Source of the DNA: Escherichia phage vB_Eco_BCPEco_001
Length of the DNA: 64,000 bases
Reading direction: 5' to 3' (one strand)
Sequence record: PV295200.1
This document shows positions 41,479 to 52,089 of this stretch, in pieces. Positions within the stretch are counted from its first letter, which is position 1, and every line of letters begins with the position of its first letter. The position numbers and the translations under genes were made by a program. Under the pieces are notes generated by a model, which had not been told where the DNA came from, made no database searches, and worked only from the letters and a program-made list of their open reading frames with translations.

Positions 41479-42128
41479 TTAAACTCCGCATGCCTGCTGG
41501 TGGTGAAAGATACATTGATGGTAAATCAGTTTATAAATTATACTTAATGATAAAACAACATATGAATGGAAAGTATGATGTTATTAAGTATAATTGGTGC
41601 ATGCGGGTGTCTGATGCCGCTTATCAAAAGCGAAGGGATAAGTATTTTTTCCAGAAGTTATCAGAAAAATATAAATTAAAGGAACTTGCTTTAATTTTTA
41701 TAAGTAATTTGGTTGCTAACCAAGATGCTTGGATTGGTGACATCTCTGACGCTGATGCACTTGTGTTTTATCGTGAATATATCGGACGCTTAAAGCAAAT
41801 TAAATTTAAGTTTGAAGAAGATATTCGCAACATTTATTATTTTAGTAAAAAAGTTGAAGTTTCTGCTTTTAAAGAAATCTTTGAGTATAATCCAAAAGTC
41901 CAATCAAGTTATATTTTTAAACTACTTCAATCGAATATAATTTCGTTTGAAACGTTTATCTTGCTTGATTCGTTTTTAAATATAATTGATAAACACGATG
42001 AACAGACTGATAATTTAGTCTGGAATAATTATTCTATAAAGTTAAAGGCTTATAGAAAAATTTTAAATATTGATTCACAGAAAGCTAAAAGTGTTTTCAT
42101 TGAAACTGTGAAATCTTGTAAGTATTAA
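41475..42128 (+). CDS. 59: Helicase loader gp59
   Basis: 217 aa as T4 gp59; directly upstream of gene 32. Confidence 0.9.
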   Translation: MIKLRMPAGGERYIDGKSVYKLYLMIKQHMNGKYDVIKYNWCMRVSDAAYQKRRDKYFFQKLSEKYKLKELALIFISNLVANQDAWIGDISDADALVFYREYIGRLKQIKFKFEEDIRNIYYFSKKVEVSAFKEIFEYNPKVQSSYIFKLLQSNIISFETFILLDSFLNIIDKHDEQTDNLVWNNYSIKLKAYRKILNIDSQKAKSVFIETVKSCKY

Positions 42129-42152
42129 TTGCTTATTATAAATAGATTATAA
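42129..42152 (+). promoter_or_regulatory. Candidate overlapping middle (TGCTTA ... TATAAT) and late (TATAAATA 42137-42144) promoters of gene 32
   Basis: Sequence motifs upstream of the gene 32 operator. Confidence 0.45.
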
Positions 42153-42161
42153 TTATTTCAC

Positions 42162-42193
42162 TGACCAGCTATGAGGTCATACATCGTCATAGC
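42162..42193 (+). promoter_or_regulatory. Gene 32 translational operator RNA pseudoknot (autoregulation by gp32)
   Basis: Stem 1 TGACC/GGTCA, stem 2 GCTATG/CATAGC in H-type arrangement, followed by A/U-rich unstructured region to the ATG. Confidence 0.8.
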
Positions 42194-42227
42194 ACCAACT
42201 GTTAATTAAATTAAAAAGGAAATAAAA

Positions 42228-43136
42228 ATGTTTAAACGTAAATCTACTGCTGAACTCGCTGCACAAATGGCTAAACTGGCTGGAAATAAAGGTGGTTTTT
42301 CTTCTGAAGATAAAGGCGAGTGGAAACTGAAACTCGACAATGCGGGTAACGGTCAAGCAGTAATTCGTTTTCTTCCGTCTAAAAATGATGAACAAGCACC
42401 ATTCGCAATTCTTGTAAATCACGGTTTCAAGAAAAATGGTAAATGGTATATTGAAACATGTTCATCTACTCACGGTGATTACGATTCTTGCCCAGTATGT
42501 CAATACATCAGTAAAAATGATCTGTACAACACTGACAATAAAGAGTACAGTCTTGTTAAACGTAAAACTTCTTACTGGGCTAACATTCTTGTTGTAAAAG
42601 ACCCAGCTGCTCCAGAAAACGAAGGTAAAGTATTTAAATACCGTTTCGGTAAGAAAATCTGGGATAAAATCAATGCAATGATTGCGGTTGATGTCGAAAT
42701 GGGTGAAACTCCGGTTGATGTAACTTGTCCGTGGGAAGGTGCTAACTTTGTACTGAAAGTTAAACAAGTTTCTGGATTTAGTAACTACGATGAATCTAAA
42801 TTCCTGAATCAATCTGCGATTCCAAACATTGACGATGAATCTTTCCAGAAAGAACTGTTCGAACAAATGGTTGACCTTTCTGAAATGACTTCTAAAGATA
42901 AATTCAAATCGTTTGAAGAACTGAGCACTAAGTTCAGTCAAGTTATGGGAACTGCTGCTATGGGTGGTGCCGCTGCAACTGCTGCTAAGAAAGCTGATAA
43001 AGTTGCTGATGATTTGGATGCATTCAATGTTGATGACTTCAATACAAAAACTGAAGATGATTTTATGAGCTCAAGCTCTGGCAGTTCATCTAGTGCTGAT
43101 GACACGGATCTGGATGACCTTTTAAATGACCTTTAA
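42228..43136 (+). CDS. 32: Single-stranded DNA-binding protein gp32
   Basis: [24 protein letters not shown]...; acidic C-terminal tail; 301 aa plus Met. Confidence 0.95.
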
Positions 43137-43158
43137 TAAATTATATTACTAATTAATT

Positions 43159-43245
43159 GGGGACCCTAGAGGTCCCCTTTTTTATTTCAAAAATTTTTTC
43201 ACAAAACGGTTTACATCCTTGTCCTTCCATGGTACTATACAACTA
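43159..43245 (+). repeat. Terminator-promoter cassette copy B downstream of gene 32
   Basis: Hairpin GGGGACC...GGTCCCC, T run, then the same UP region, GTTTAC and TGGTACTATACAACTATCA as copy A. Confidence 0.7.
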
Positions 43246-43281
43246 TCAGCAATACTGCTAATAATTGAAGAGGAAAATAAT

Positions 43282-43509
43282 ATGGCTAAAGTTGATATTG
43301 ACATCGTTGATTTTGAATATATTGAAGAGATTATTCGTAATCGTTATCCTGAACTTAGTATTACAAGCGTGCAAGATTCTAAGTTTTGGAGTATTCAAAT
43401 CGTTATTGAAGGTCCTCTTGAAGACCTCACCCGCTTTATGGCTAATGAATATTGTGATGGCATGGATTCTGAAGACGCAGAATTTTACATGGGACTGATT
43501 GAACAATAA
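43282..43509 (+). CDS. Hypothetical acidic protein (75 aa), frd.x region
   Basis: ATG after GAGGAAAATAAT RBS. Confidence 0.5.
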   Translation: MAKVDIDIVDFEYIEEIIRNRYPELSITSVQDSKFWSIQIVIEGPLEDLTRFMANEYCDGMDSEDAEFYMGLIEQ

Positions 43510-43554
43510 TTATCAAGGGGCTATTAAGCCCCTATTAAAATGAGGAAAATCAAA

Positions 43555-43941
43555 ATGGAAATCGGCAAAAAATACGAGTTAAATCCACATCGTATTAAAT
43601 CTTTCATTGATATTAGTTCATCAAATGCTAATATGGTCGGCATCATTCAAGAAAATGGTGGTTGGTTTGAAGTTAAATCAATATCAAGTTTAGATGGCTT
43701 TGATTATGTAACCGAAATCATTTGTGCTAATGGTGAAATCTATAATGATGATGGTATGGGTGATGATTATTTTGAACTTAGTGAAGAAGAGTTTTATTGT
43801 TTCCGCGAATATAAAGAACCGACTTCTGAAGAAGATGAAGTCAAAGACAAGGTTTATGGCGTAACAAAAATTCACTGCATTGTAGACGAAAACAATGTAG
43901 ATGAAATCATTGAACTTTTGCGAAAAACTTTCAAAAAGTAG
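43555..43941 (+). CDS. Hypothetical acidic protein (128 aa)
   Basis: ATG 43555 with RBS GAGGAAA. Confidence 0.5.
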   Translation: MEIGKKYELNPHRIKSFIDISSSNANMVGIIQENGGWFEVKSISSLDGFDYVTEIICANGEIYNDDGMGDDYFELSEEEFYCFREYKEPTSEEDEVKDKVYGVTKIHCIVDENNVDEIIELLRKTFKK

Positions 43942-43971
43942 TTTACAACAGGGTAGTAGTGTGATACTATT
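43941..43971 (+). promoter_or_regulatory. T4-type early promoter
   Basis: GTTTAC ... GTGATACTATTACCCTATCAA. Confidence 0.6.
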
Positions 43972-44000
43972 ACCCTATCAAAATTAATGGAGAAAAGAAA

Positions 44001-44069
44001 ATGTTCGCACCTTATATTATGGCAGCAGTTATGTTGGTCTGTTTATACCTTTTGATTAAAGCTTGCTAA
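44001..44069 (+). CDS. Tiny hydrophobic peptide (22 aa)
   Basis: ATG after RBS GGAGAAAAGAAA, right after early promoter. Confidence 0.25.
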   Translation: MFAPYIMAAVMLVCLYLLIKAC

Positions 44070-44080
44070 GGAGAATAAAA

Positions 44081-44323
44081 ATGAGATTACAACGTCAGAG
44101 CATCAAAGATTCAGAAGTTAGAGGTAAATGGTATTTTAATATCATCGGTAAAGATTCTGAGCTTGTTGAAAAAGCTGAACACCTTTTACGTGATATGGGG
44201 TGGGAAGATGAATGTGATGGATGTCCTCTTTATGAAGACGGAGAAAGCGCAGGATTCTGGATTTACCATTCTGACGTCGAGCAGTTTAAAGCTGATTGGA
44301 AAATTGTGAAAAAGTCTGTTTAA
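44081..44323 (+). CDS. Hypothetical protein (80 aa)
   Basis: RBS AAGGAG. Confidence 0.5.
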   Translation: MRLQRQSIKDSEVRGKWYFNIIGKDSELVEKAEHLLRDMGWEDECDGCPLYEDGESAGFWIYHSDVEQFKADWKIVKKSV

Positions 44324-44333
44324 GGAAAATAAT

Positions 44334-45160
<827 letters not shown>

Positions 45161-45180
45161 AATAACGCGTGGCGGAAAAT

Positions 45181-45528
45181 ATGAATTTTAATTATTACCC
45201 TATTCTATTAGAAAAAGACGTGAAACAACCTAAATGGCAGGGTCCTCAGTTTATTAAAGGTGTCTATCAATTAGTAGTTCCTAAAGACAAGATTTATAGC
45301 AGTTGTTTCACTGAATCTGCTTGCAGTATTTTCGGTAATAGTTCTCCGTATTGGAATTTTGACATAAAGCTGGATAGAAATATCGATATTTGGTTGAAAG
45401 CTATGGATATTGGTAATATTACGTTTGATGAGAATAATTATCATATTATTGGTCGCTTTTCCAAACGCGGTAAAGAATTGTATTTCACGCCTGAAATTGA
45501 AAGAAAATTTGATGCTAAACCGTATTGA
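45181..45528 (+). CDS. Hypothetical protein (115 aa) encoded on an insertion between frd and td
   Basis: ORF between genes that I recall as overlapping in T4; flanked by AAATGAAA direct repeats. Confidence 0.45.
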   Translation: MNFNYYPILLEKDVKQPKWQGPQFIKGVYQLVVPKDKIYSSCFTESACSIFGNSSPYWNFDIKLDRNIDIWLKAMDIGNITFDENNYHIIGRFSKRGKELYFTPEIERKFDAKPY

Positions 45529-45573
45529 TTATTTAGCTTCATAAAATGTATTATAATTTATATAAGGTACTAA

Positions 45574-46122
45574 ATGAAACAATACCAATTTTTAATTAAA
45601 GATATCCTGGAAAATGGCTACGAAACCGATGACCGAACAGGCACAGGAACAATTGCTTTGTTCGGTACTAAATTACGCTGGGATTTAACTAAAGGTTTTC
45701 CTGCAGTAACAACTAAGAAGCTCGCCTGGAAAGCTTGCATTGCTGAGCTAATATGGTTTTTATCGGGAAGCACAAATGTCAATGATTTACGATTAATTCA
45801 GCATGATTCGTTAATCCAAGGCAAAACAGTCTGGGATGAAAATTACGAAAATCAAGCAAAAGATTTAGGATACCATAGCGGTGAACTTGGTCCAATTTAT
45901 GGAAAACAATGGCGCGATTTTGGCGGTGTAGACCAAATTATAGAAGTTGTTGATCGTATTAAAAAATTGCCAAATGATAGACGTCAAATTGTTTCAGCAT
46001 GGAATCCAGCTGAACTCAAGCAGATGGCATTACCGCCTTGTCATATGTTCTATCAGTTTAATGTGCGTAATGGCTATTTGGATTTGCAGTGGTATCAACG
46101 ATCAGTAGATGTTTTCTTGGGT
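45574..46122 (+). CDS. td: Thymidylate synthase, exon 1
   Basis: 183 codons ending ...DVFLG, then the conserved td intron 5' sequence begins. Confidence 0.9.
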
Positions 46123-46225
46123 TAATTGAGGCCTGAGTATAAGGTGACTTATACTTGTAATCTATCTAAACGGGGAACCTCTCTAGTAGACAATCCCGTG
46201 CTAAATTGTAGGACTGCCCTTTAAT

Positions 46226-46253
46226 AAATACTTCTATATTTAAAGAGGTATTT
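46226..46253 (+). promoter_or_regulatory. RBS-sequestering hairpin upstream of I-TevI with late-promoter-like AATAAATA inside
   Basis: AAATACTTCT pairs with AGAGGTATTT (10 bp, one G-U), covering SD AGAGG. Confidence 0.65.
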
Positions 46254-46991
46254 ATGAAAAGCGGAATTTATCAGATTAAAAATACTTTAAACAATAAAGT
46301 ATATGTAGGAAGTGCTAAAGATTTTGAAAAGAGATGGAAGAGGCATTTTAAAGATTTAGAAAAAGGATGCCATTCTTCTATAAAGCTTCAGAGGTCTTTT
46401 AACAAACATGGTAATGTGTTTGAATGTTCTATTTTGGAAGAAATTCCATATGAGAAAGATTTGATTATTGAACGAGAAAATTTTTGGATTAAAGAGCTTA
46501 ATTCTAAAATTAATGGATACAATATTGCTGATGCAACGTTTGGTGATACATGTTCTACGCATCCATTAAAAGAAGAAATTATTAAGAAACGTTCTGAAAC
46601 TGTTAAAGCTAAGATGCTTAAACTTGGACCTGATGGTCGGAAAGCTCTTTACAGTAAACCCGGAAGTAAAAACGGGCGTTGGAATCCAGAAACCCATAAG
46701 TTTTGTAAGTGCGGTGTTCGCATACAAACTTCTGCTTATACTTGTAGTAAATGCAGAAATCGTTCAGGTGAAAATAATTCATTCTTTAATCATAAGCATT
46801 CAGACATAACTAAATCTAAAATATCAGAAAAGATGAAAGGTAAAAAGCCTAGTAATATTAAAAAGATTTCATGTGATGGGGTTATTTTTGATTGTGCAGC
46901 AGATGCAGCTAGACATTTTAAAATTTCGTCTGGATTAGTTACTTATCGTGTAAAATCTGATAAATGGAATTGGTTCTACATAAATGCCTAA
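46254..46991 (+). CDS. I-TevI: Homing endonuclease I-TevI (GIY-YIG)
   Basis: 245 aa; GIY (IYQIKN) ... YVG motif; Zn finger and C-terminal DNA-binding domain. Confidence 0.92.
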   Translation: MKSGIYQIKNTLNNKVYVGSAKDFEKRWKRHFKDLEKGCHSSIKLQRSFNKHGNVFECSILEEIPYEKDLIIERENFWIKELNSKINGYNIADATFGDTCSTHPLKEEIIKKRSETVKAKMLKLGPDGRKALYSKPGSKNGRWNPETHKFCKCGVRIQTSAYTCSKCRNRSGENNSFFNHKHSDITKSKISEKMKGKKPSNIKKISCDGVIFDCAADAARHFKISSGLVTYRVKSDKWNWFYINA

Positions 46992-47138
46992 CGACTATCC
47001 CTTTGGGGAGTAGGGTCAAGTGACTCGAAACGATAGACAACTTGCTTTAACAAGTTGGAGATATAGTCTGATCTGCATGGTGACATGCAGCTGGATATAA
47101 TTCCGGGGTAAGATTAACGACCTTATCTGAACATAATG

Positions 47139-47450
47139 CTACCATTTAATATTGCATCATATGCTACGTTAGTTCATATTGTAGCTAAGATGTGTAATCT
47201 TATTCCAGGAGATTTGATATTTTCTGGTGGTAATACTCATATCTATATGAATCACGTAGAACAGTGTAAAGAAATTTTGAGGCGTGAACCTAAAGAGCTT
47301 TGTGAGCTGGTAATAAGTGGTCTACCTTATAAATTCCGATATCTTTCTACTAAAGAACAATTAAAATATGTTCTTAAACTTAGGCCTAAAGATTTCGTTC
47401 TTAACAACTATGTATCTCACCCGCCAATTAAAGGAAAGATGGCGGTATAA
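47139..47450 (+). CDS. td: Thymidylate synthase, exon 2
   Basis: In-frame continuation LPFNIASYATLVHIV...; total 286 aa. Confidence 0.9.
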   Translation, partial: LPFNIASYATLVHIVAKMCNLIPGDLIFSGGNTHIYMNHVEQCKEILRREPKELCELVISGLPYKFRYLSTKEQLKYVLKLRPKDFVLNNYVSHPPIKGKMAV

Positions 47451-47473
47451 TTTTAATTTAATTGAGAGGATAT

Positions 47474-47737
47474 ATGATTTTACGATTTAAAGATATTTCT
47501 GGTGCCATTCTTTTTACACTTCCTAACCCAAGCGAGTTAGAAGTTCCAGGACCAAATCAGCCTATTATCATTTATGGTAAAAAATATTATACTCATAAAA
47601 TGACCCGTGAGTATTTTGATAATAAAATTTCCACAGTTAAAACTTCTTCTGATTGTTACTATGATATTACTGTTTTAACGGAAAAACAATATGCCGAATT
47701 ATCACCGCGCGGGCCGTCTATGCCAGGTAGTGAATAA
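47474..47737 (+). CDS. Hypothetical protein (87 aa), nrdA.1 position
   Basis: ATG with RBS GAGAGGA. Confidence 0.45.
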   Translation: MILRFKDISGAILFTLPNPSELEVPGPNQPIIIYGKKYYTHKMTREYFDNKISTVKTSSDCYYDITVLTEKQYAELSPRGPSMPGSE

Positions 47738-48017
47738 ATATAAATCCGACTTTGATGTTAATATTCACCGTGGTACATTTTGGGGAAATTACGTCGGTAA
47801 AGATGCTGGCAGCCGGGAGGCTGCCATTGAATTATTCAAAAAAGATTTTATACGTCGAATTAAATCCGGAGAAATAACTAAAGCACATTTAGAGCCTTTA
47901 CGTGGAATGAGGCTAGGATGCACATGTAAACCAAAGCCGTGTCATGGTGATATAATAGCTCATATAGTTAACCGACTGTTTAAAGACGATTTTCAAGTTG
48001 AGGACTTATGCAATTAA
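47691..48017 (+). CDS. DUF4326-like protein (108 aa), nrdA.2 position
   Basis: Motif [12 protein letters not shown] resembling DUF4326 as I remember it. Confidence 0.5.
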   Translation: MPNYHRAGRLCQVVNKYKSDFDVNIHRGTFWGNYVGKDAGSREAAIELFKKDFIRRIKSGEITKAHLEPLRGMRLGCTCKPKPCHGDIIAHIVNRLFKDDFQVEDLCN

Positions 48018-50272
48018 TTAATGTTATCAAAAGTAGTGGTGTTTCTCAGAGCTTTGACCCGCAAAAAATTATTAAAGTTTTATCTTGGGCAGCTGAAGGA
48101 ACATCAGTAGATCCTTATGAATTATATGAAAATATTAAATCTTATCTCCGTGATGGAATGACAACTGATGATATTCAGACTATTGTCATTAAGGCCGCTG
48201 CGAATTCTATTTCGGTTGAAGAGCCTGATTATCAATATGTAGCTGCACGCTGTTTAATGTTCGCTCTTCGTAAGCATGTTTATGGGCAGTATGAACCACG
48301 TTCATTTATTGACCATATTTCTTACTGTGTAAATGAAGGTAAATACGACCCTGAATTGTTGTCAAAATATTCAGCAGAAGAAATTACATTTTTAGAATCA
48401 AAAATTAAGCACGAGCGGGATATGGAATTTACTTATTCCGGGGCGATGCAATTAAAAGAAAAATATCTAGTTAAAGATAAAACCACTGGTCAAATTTATG
48501 AAACTCCACAGTTTGCATTTATGACTATTGGAATGGCATTGCATCAAGATGAACCTGTTGATAGATTAAAACATGTTATTCGTTTTTATGAAGCAGTATC
48601 TACTCGACAGATTTCATTGCCAACTCCTATTATGGCTGGTTGTCGTACTCCAACTCGACAGTTTAGTTCATGCGTTGTTATTGAGGCAGGTGATTCATTA
48701 AAGTCTATCAATAAGGCTTCTGCTTCAATTGTTGAGTATATCTCCAAACGCGCTGGAATTGGTATTAACGTTGGTATGATTCGTGCCGAAGGTTCTAAGA
48801 TTGGCATGGGTGAAGTACGTCATACTGGTGTTATTCCTTTTTGGAAACATTTTCAGACTGCAGTTAAATCATGTTCACAGGGTGGAATTCGTGGCGGCGC
48901 TGCTACTGCTTATTATCCTATTTGGCATTTGGAAGTTGAAAATCTTCTCGTTTTGAAAAATAACAAAGGCGTAGAAGAAAACCGCATTCGTCATATGGAT
49001 TATGGCGTTCAACTGAATGATTTGATGATGGAACGTTTTGGAAAGAACGATTACATTACTTTGTTCAGTCCGCATGAAATGGGTGGCGAGCTTTATTATT
49101 CTTATTTTAAAGACCAAGACCGTTTCCGTGAATTATACGAAGCAGCAGAAAAAGACCCTAATATTCGTAAAAAGCGTATTAAAGCCCGTGAACTATTTGA
49201 ATTGCTCATGACTGAACGTTCAGGAACAGCAAGGATTTATGTACAGTTCATTGATAATACGAATAACTATACTCCGTTTATTCGTGAAAAGGCACCTATT
49301 CGTCAGAGTAACTTGTGCTGTGAAATTGCTATTCCAACAAATGATGTGAATAGTCCTGATGCTGAAATTGGATTGTGTACTCTCTCTGCATTCGTACTAG
49401 ATAATTTTGACTGGCAAGACCAAGATAAAATTAATGAATTGGCAGAAGTTCAAGTTCGTGCTCTTGATAATCTTTTGGATTACCAAGGATATCCAGTTCC
49501 TGAAGCAGAAAAAGCTAAAAAGCGTCGTAACCTCGGTGTAGGTGTTACAAACTATGCAGCTTGGCTGGCAAGTAACTTTGCTTCTTATGAAGATGCCAAC
49601 GATTTAACACATGAACTATTTGAGAGATTACAGTATGGACTCATTAAAGCATCCATTAAGCTCGCCAAAGAAAAAGGACCTTGCGAATATTATTCAGACA
49701 CTCGTTGGTCTCGAGGCGAATTACCTATCGACTGGTACAATAAAAAGATTGACCAAATCGCAGCTCCAAAATACGTTTGTGACTGGTCGTCGCTGCGGGA
49801 AGACCTTAAGCTCTTTGGCATCCGTAATAGCACATTATCAGCACTTATGCCATGTGAGTCATCTTCCCAAGTTTCTAACAGTACAAACGGTATCGAGCCT
49901 CCACGTGGACCAGTCTCTGTTAAAGAATCAAAAGAGGGCTCCTTTAATCAAGTCGTGCCCAATATTGAGCATAACATAGACCTTTACGACTATACATGGA
50001 AATTAGCTAAGAAAGGTAATAAACCTTATCTTACGCAGGTAGCTATTATGCTGAAATGGGTATGTCAATCAGCTTCAGCGAATACATACTATGACCCGCA
50101 GATTTTTCCAAAAGGAAAGGTTCCAATGTCAATAATGATTGATGACCTTTTGTATTTCTGGTATTTTGGCGGAAAAAATTTCTATTATCATAATACCCGT
50201 GATGGTTCTGGTACTGATGATTATGAAATAGAAACTCCAAAAGCTGAAGATTGTTCATCCTGTAAATTATGA
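48008..50272 (+). CDS. nrdA: Aerobic ribonucleotide reductase large subunit
   Basis: 754 aa; ATP-cone N-terminus; class Ia catalytic motifs. Confidence 0.95.
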   Translation: MQLINVIKSSGVSQSFDPQKIIKVLSWAAEGTSVDPYELYENIKSYLRDGMTTDDIQTIVIKAAANSISVEEPDYQYVAARCLMFALRKHVYGQYEPRSFIDHISYCVNEGKYDPELLSKYSAEEITFLESKIKHERDMEFTYSGAMQLKEKYLVKDKTTGQIYETPQFAFMTIGMALHQDEPVDRLKHVIRFYEAVSTRQISLPTPIMAGCRTPTRQFSSCVVIEAGDSLKSINKASASIVEYISKRAGIGINVGMIRAEGSKIGMGEVRHTGVIPFWKHFQTAVKSCSQGGIRGGAATAYYPIWHLEVENLLVLKNNKGVEENRIRHMDYGVQLNDLMMERFGKNDYITLFSPHEMGGELYYSYFKDQDRFRELYEAAEKDPNIRKKRIKARELFELLMTERSGTARIYVQFIDNTNNYTPFIREKAPIRQSNLCCEIAIPTNDVNSPDAEIGLCTLSAFVLDNFDWQDQDKINELAEVQVRALDNLLDYQGYPVPEAEKAKKRRNLGVGVTNYAAWLASNFASYEDANDLTHELFERLQYGLIKASIKLAKEKGPCEYYSDTRWSRGELPIDWYNKKIDQIAAPKYVCDWSSLREDLKLFGIRNSTLSALMPCESSSQVSNSTNGIEPPRGPVSVKESKEGSFNQVVPNIEHNIDLYDYTWKLAKKGNKPYLTQVAIMLKWVCQSASANTYYDPQIFPKGKVPMSIMIDDLLYFWYFGGKNFYYHNTRDGSGTDDYEIETPKAEDCSSCKL

Positions 50273-50323
50273 TATAATTTGACTCATGGACGAGTCACTA
50301 TCTATTAACTAAGTGGAAAATTT

Positions 50324-50999
50324 ATGAGCACAGTTTTTAATACAAACCCAGTTGATGTTTTAAAAGAACCTATGTTTTTTGGTTCAGGTCTTGGTATTGC
50401 GCGTTATGATATTCAACGGCATCGAGTATTTGAAGAACTTACTGAGAAATCTTTATCATTTTTCTGGCGTCCTGAAGAAGTAAACTTAATGATGGATGCT
50501 GCGCAATTTAATAAGCTTCCTCAATATCAGCAAAATATTTTTACTAACAACCTGAAGTATCAATCACTTTTGGATAGCATTCAGGGTCGTGCACCTTCTG
50601 CTGTACTTATGTCATTAATTTCAGACCCGAGTCTTGATACATGGGTTGCTACATGGACTTTTAGTGAAACTATTCACAGCCGTTCATATACACATATCAT
50701 GCGAAATCTTTATACTGATCCGTCAAAGGTATTTGATGAGATTGTATTAGATGAAGCTATTATGAAACGTGCTGAATCCATTGGACGCTATTATGATGAC
50801 GTTCTGATTAAAACCCGTGAATGGGAAAATGCTAAAGAATTTGTAGAACTAGCTAAAGAATCTCCTGATGCTGTCTTTCGTTTAAACCGAGCTATTAAAC
50901 AAGAAGCCGAAGCTAAACGTGCTTTAATGAAATCTCTTTACCTCTGTTTGCACGTTATTAATGCCTTAGAAGCAATTCGTTTTTATGTATCTTTTGCGT
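50324..50999 (+). CDS. nrdB: Ribonucleotide reductase small subunit, exon 1
   Basis: Ends ...EAIRFYVSFA plus first base of a Cys codon. Confidence 0.85.
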
Positions 51000-51109
51000 A
51001 AAATGCGCCTTTAAACGGTAACGTTTATCGAAAACTCCTTTAATTGCTGGAAAGTCCTTTATAGGAAAACTAGCAGCCAAGGTTTTGCTTGCACCTTTAA
51101 TTAGTATAA

Positions 51110-51117
51110 TATAAATA
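51110..51117 (+). promoter_or_regulatory. Late-promoter motif TATAAATA upstream of I-TevIII
   Basis: Exact TATAAATA about 28 nt upstream of intron ORF start. Confidence 0.5.
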
Positions 51118-51144
51118 TGATTATACTTTTAAGAGGATGCACAA

Positions 51145-51954
51145 TTGAACTATAGAAAAATTTGGATAGATGCTAACGGACCTATACCTAAAGATTCTGA
51201 TGGAAGAACATACGAAATCCATCATAAAGACGGTAACCGTGAAAATAATGATTTAGATAATTTGATGTGCCTTTCTATACAGGAACATTATGATATACAT
51301 TTAGCTCAAAAAGATTACCAGGCTTGTCATGCTATAAAGCTTAGAATGAAATATTCTCCTGAAGAAATTTCTGAATTAGCTTCTAAAGCCGCAAAATCTA
51401 GAGAAATCCAGATTTTTAATATCCCTGAAGTACGAGCTAAAAATATTGCCTCTATTAAATCTAAGATAGAAAATGGTACATTTCATCTTTTAGATGGTGA
51501 AATACAGCGTAAATCTAATTTAAATAGAGCTGCATTAGGTATACATAATTTTCAACAAGCTGAGCATATTGCAAAAGTTAAAGAACGCAATATTGCAGCT
51601 ATAAAAGAAGGTACTCATGTATTTTGCGGTGGTAAAATGCAGTCAGAAACTCAATCAAAACGGGTAAATGACGGTTCACATCATTTCTTATCAGAAGACC
51701 ATAAGAAAAGAACATCAGCAAAAACATTAGAAATGGTTAAGAACGGGACCCATCCTGCACAAAAAGAAATCACATGTGATTTCTGTGGTCACATTGGTAA
51801 AGGTCCTGGATTTTATCTAAAACATAATGACAGATGTAAATTAAATCCAAATAGAATTCAATTGAATTGTCCATATTGTGATAAGAAAGATTTATCACCA
51901 TCAACATATAAACGATGGCACGGCGACAATTGCAAAACAAGGTTCAACGACTAG
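51145..51954 (+). CDS. I-TevIII: HNH homing endonuclease I-TevIII, apparently intact (269 aa, TTG start)
   Basis: HNH motif EIHHKDGNRENNDLDNLMCLSIQEH; C-terminal Zn finger; SD AAGAGGA before TTG. Confidence 0.8.
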   Translation: MNYRKIWIDANGPIPKDSDGRTYEIHHKDGNRENNDLDNLMCLSIQEHYDIHLAQKDYQACHAIKLRMKYSPEEISELASKAAKSREIQIFNIPEVRAKNIASIKSKIENGTFHLLDGEIQRKSNLNRAALGIHNFQQAEHIAKVKERNIAAIKEGTHVFCGGKMQSETQSKRVNDGSHHFLSEDHKKRTSAKTLEMVKNGTHPAQKEITCDFCGHIGKGPGFYLKHNDRCKLNPNRIQLNCPYCDKKDLSPSTYKRWHGDNCKTRFND

Positions 51955-52089
51955 TCTTCGGACGTAGGGTCAAGCGACTCGAAATGGGGAGAATCCCTCC
52001 GGGATTGTGATATAGTCTGGACTGCATGGTAACATGCAGCAGTTCATAAGAGAACGGGTTGAGAATTAGCGAGCTCAATCGAACATACG

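Larger units (their letters stand above)
46123..47138 (+). mobile_element. Group I self-splicing intron of td (1016 nt) carrying I-TevI
   Basis: 5' splice site after GGU; intron starts UAAUUGAGGCCUGAGUAUAAGG; 3' end ...CUGAACAUAAUG before exon 2. Confidence 0.9.
51000..52089 (+). mobile_element. Group I intron of nrdB (1090 nt) carrying full-length I-TevIII
   Basis: Interrupts the conserved R2 motif FYVSFA / C-TFNF...MEGNAKI; splicing restores frame. Confidence 0.85.

Noticed and set aside
41684-41710. MotA-box-like TTGCTTTA inside gene 59 as a middle promoter for gene 32
   Set aside because: About 500 bp upstream of gene 32 and inside coding sequence; spacing to a -10 is ambiguous, so too uncertain to call.
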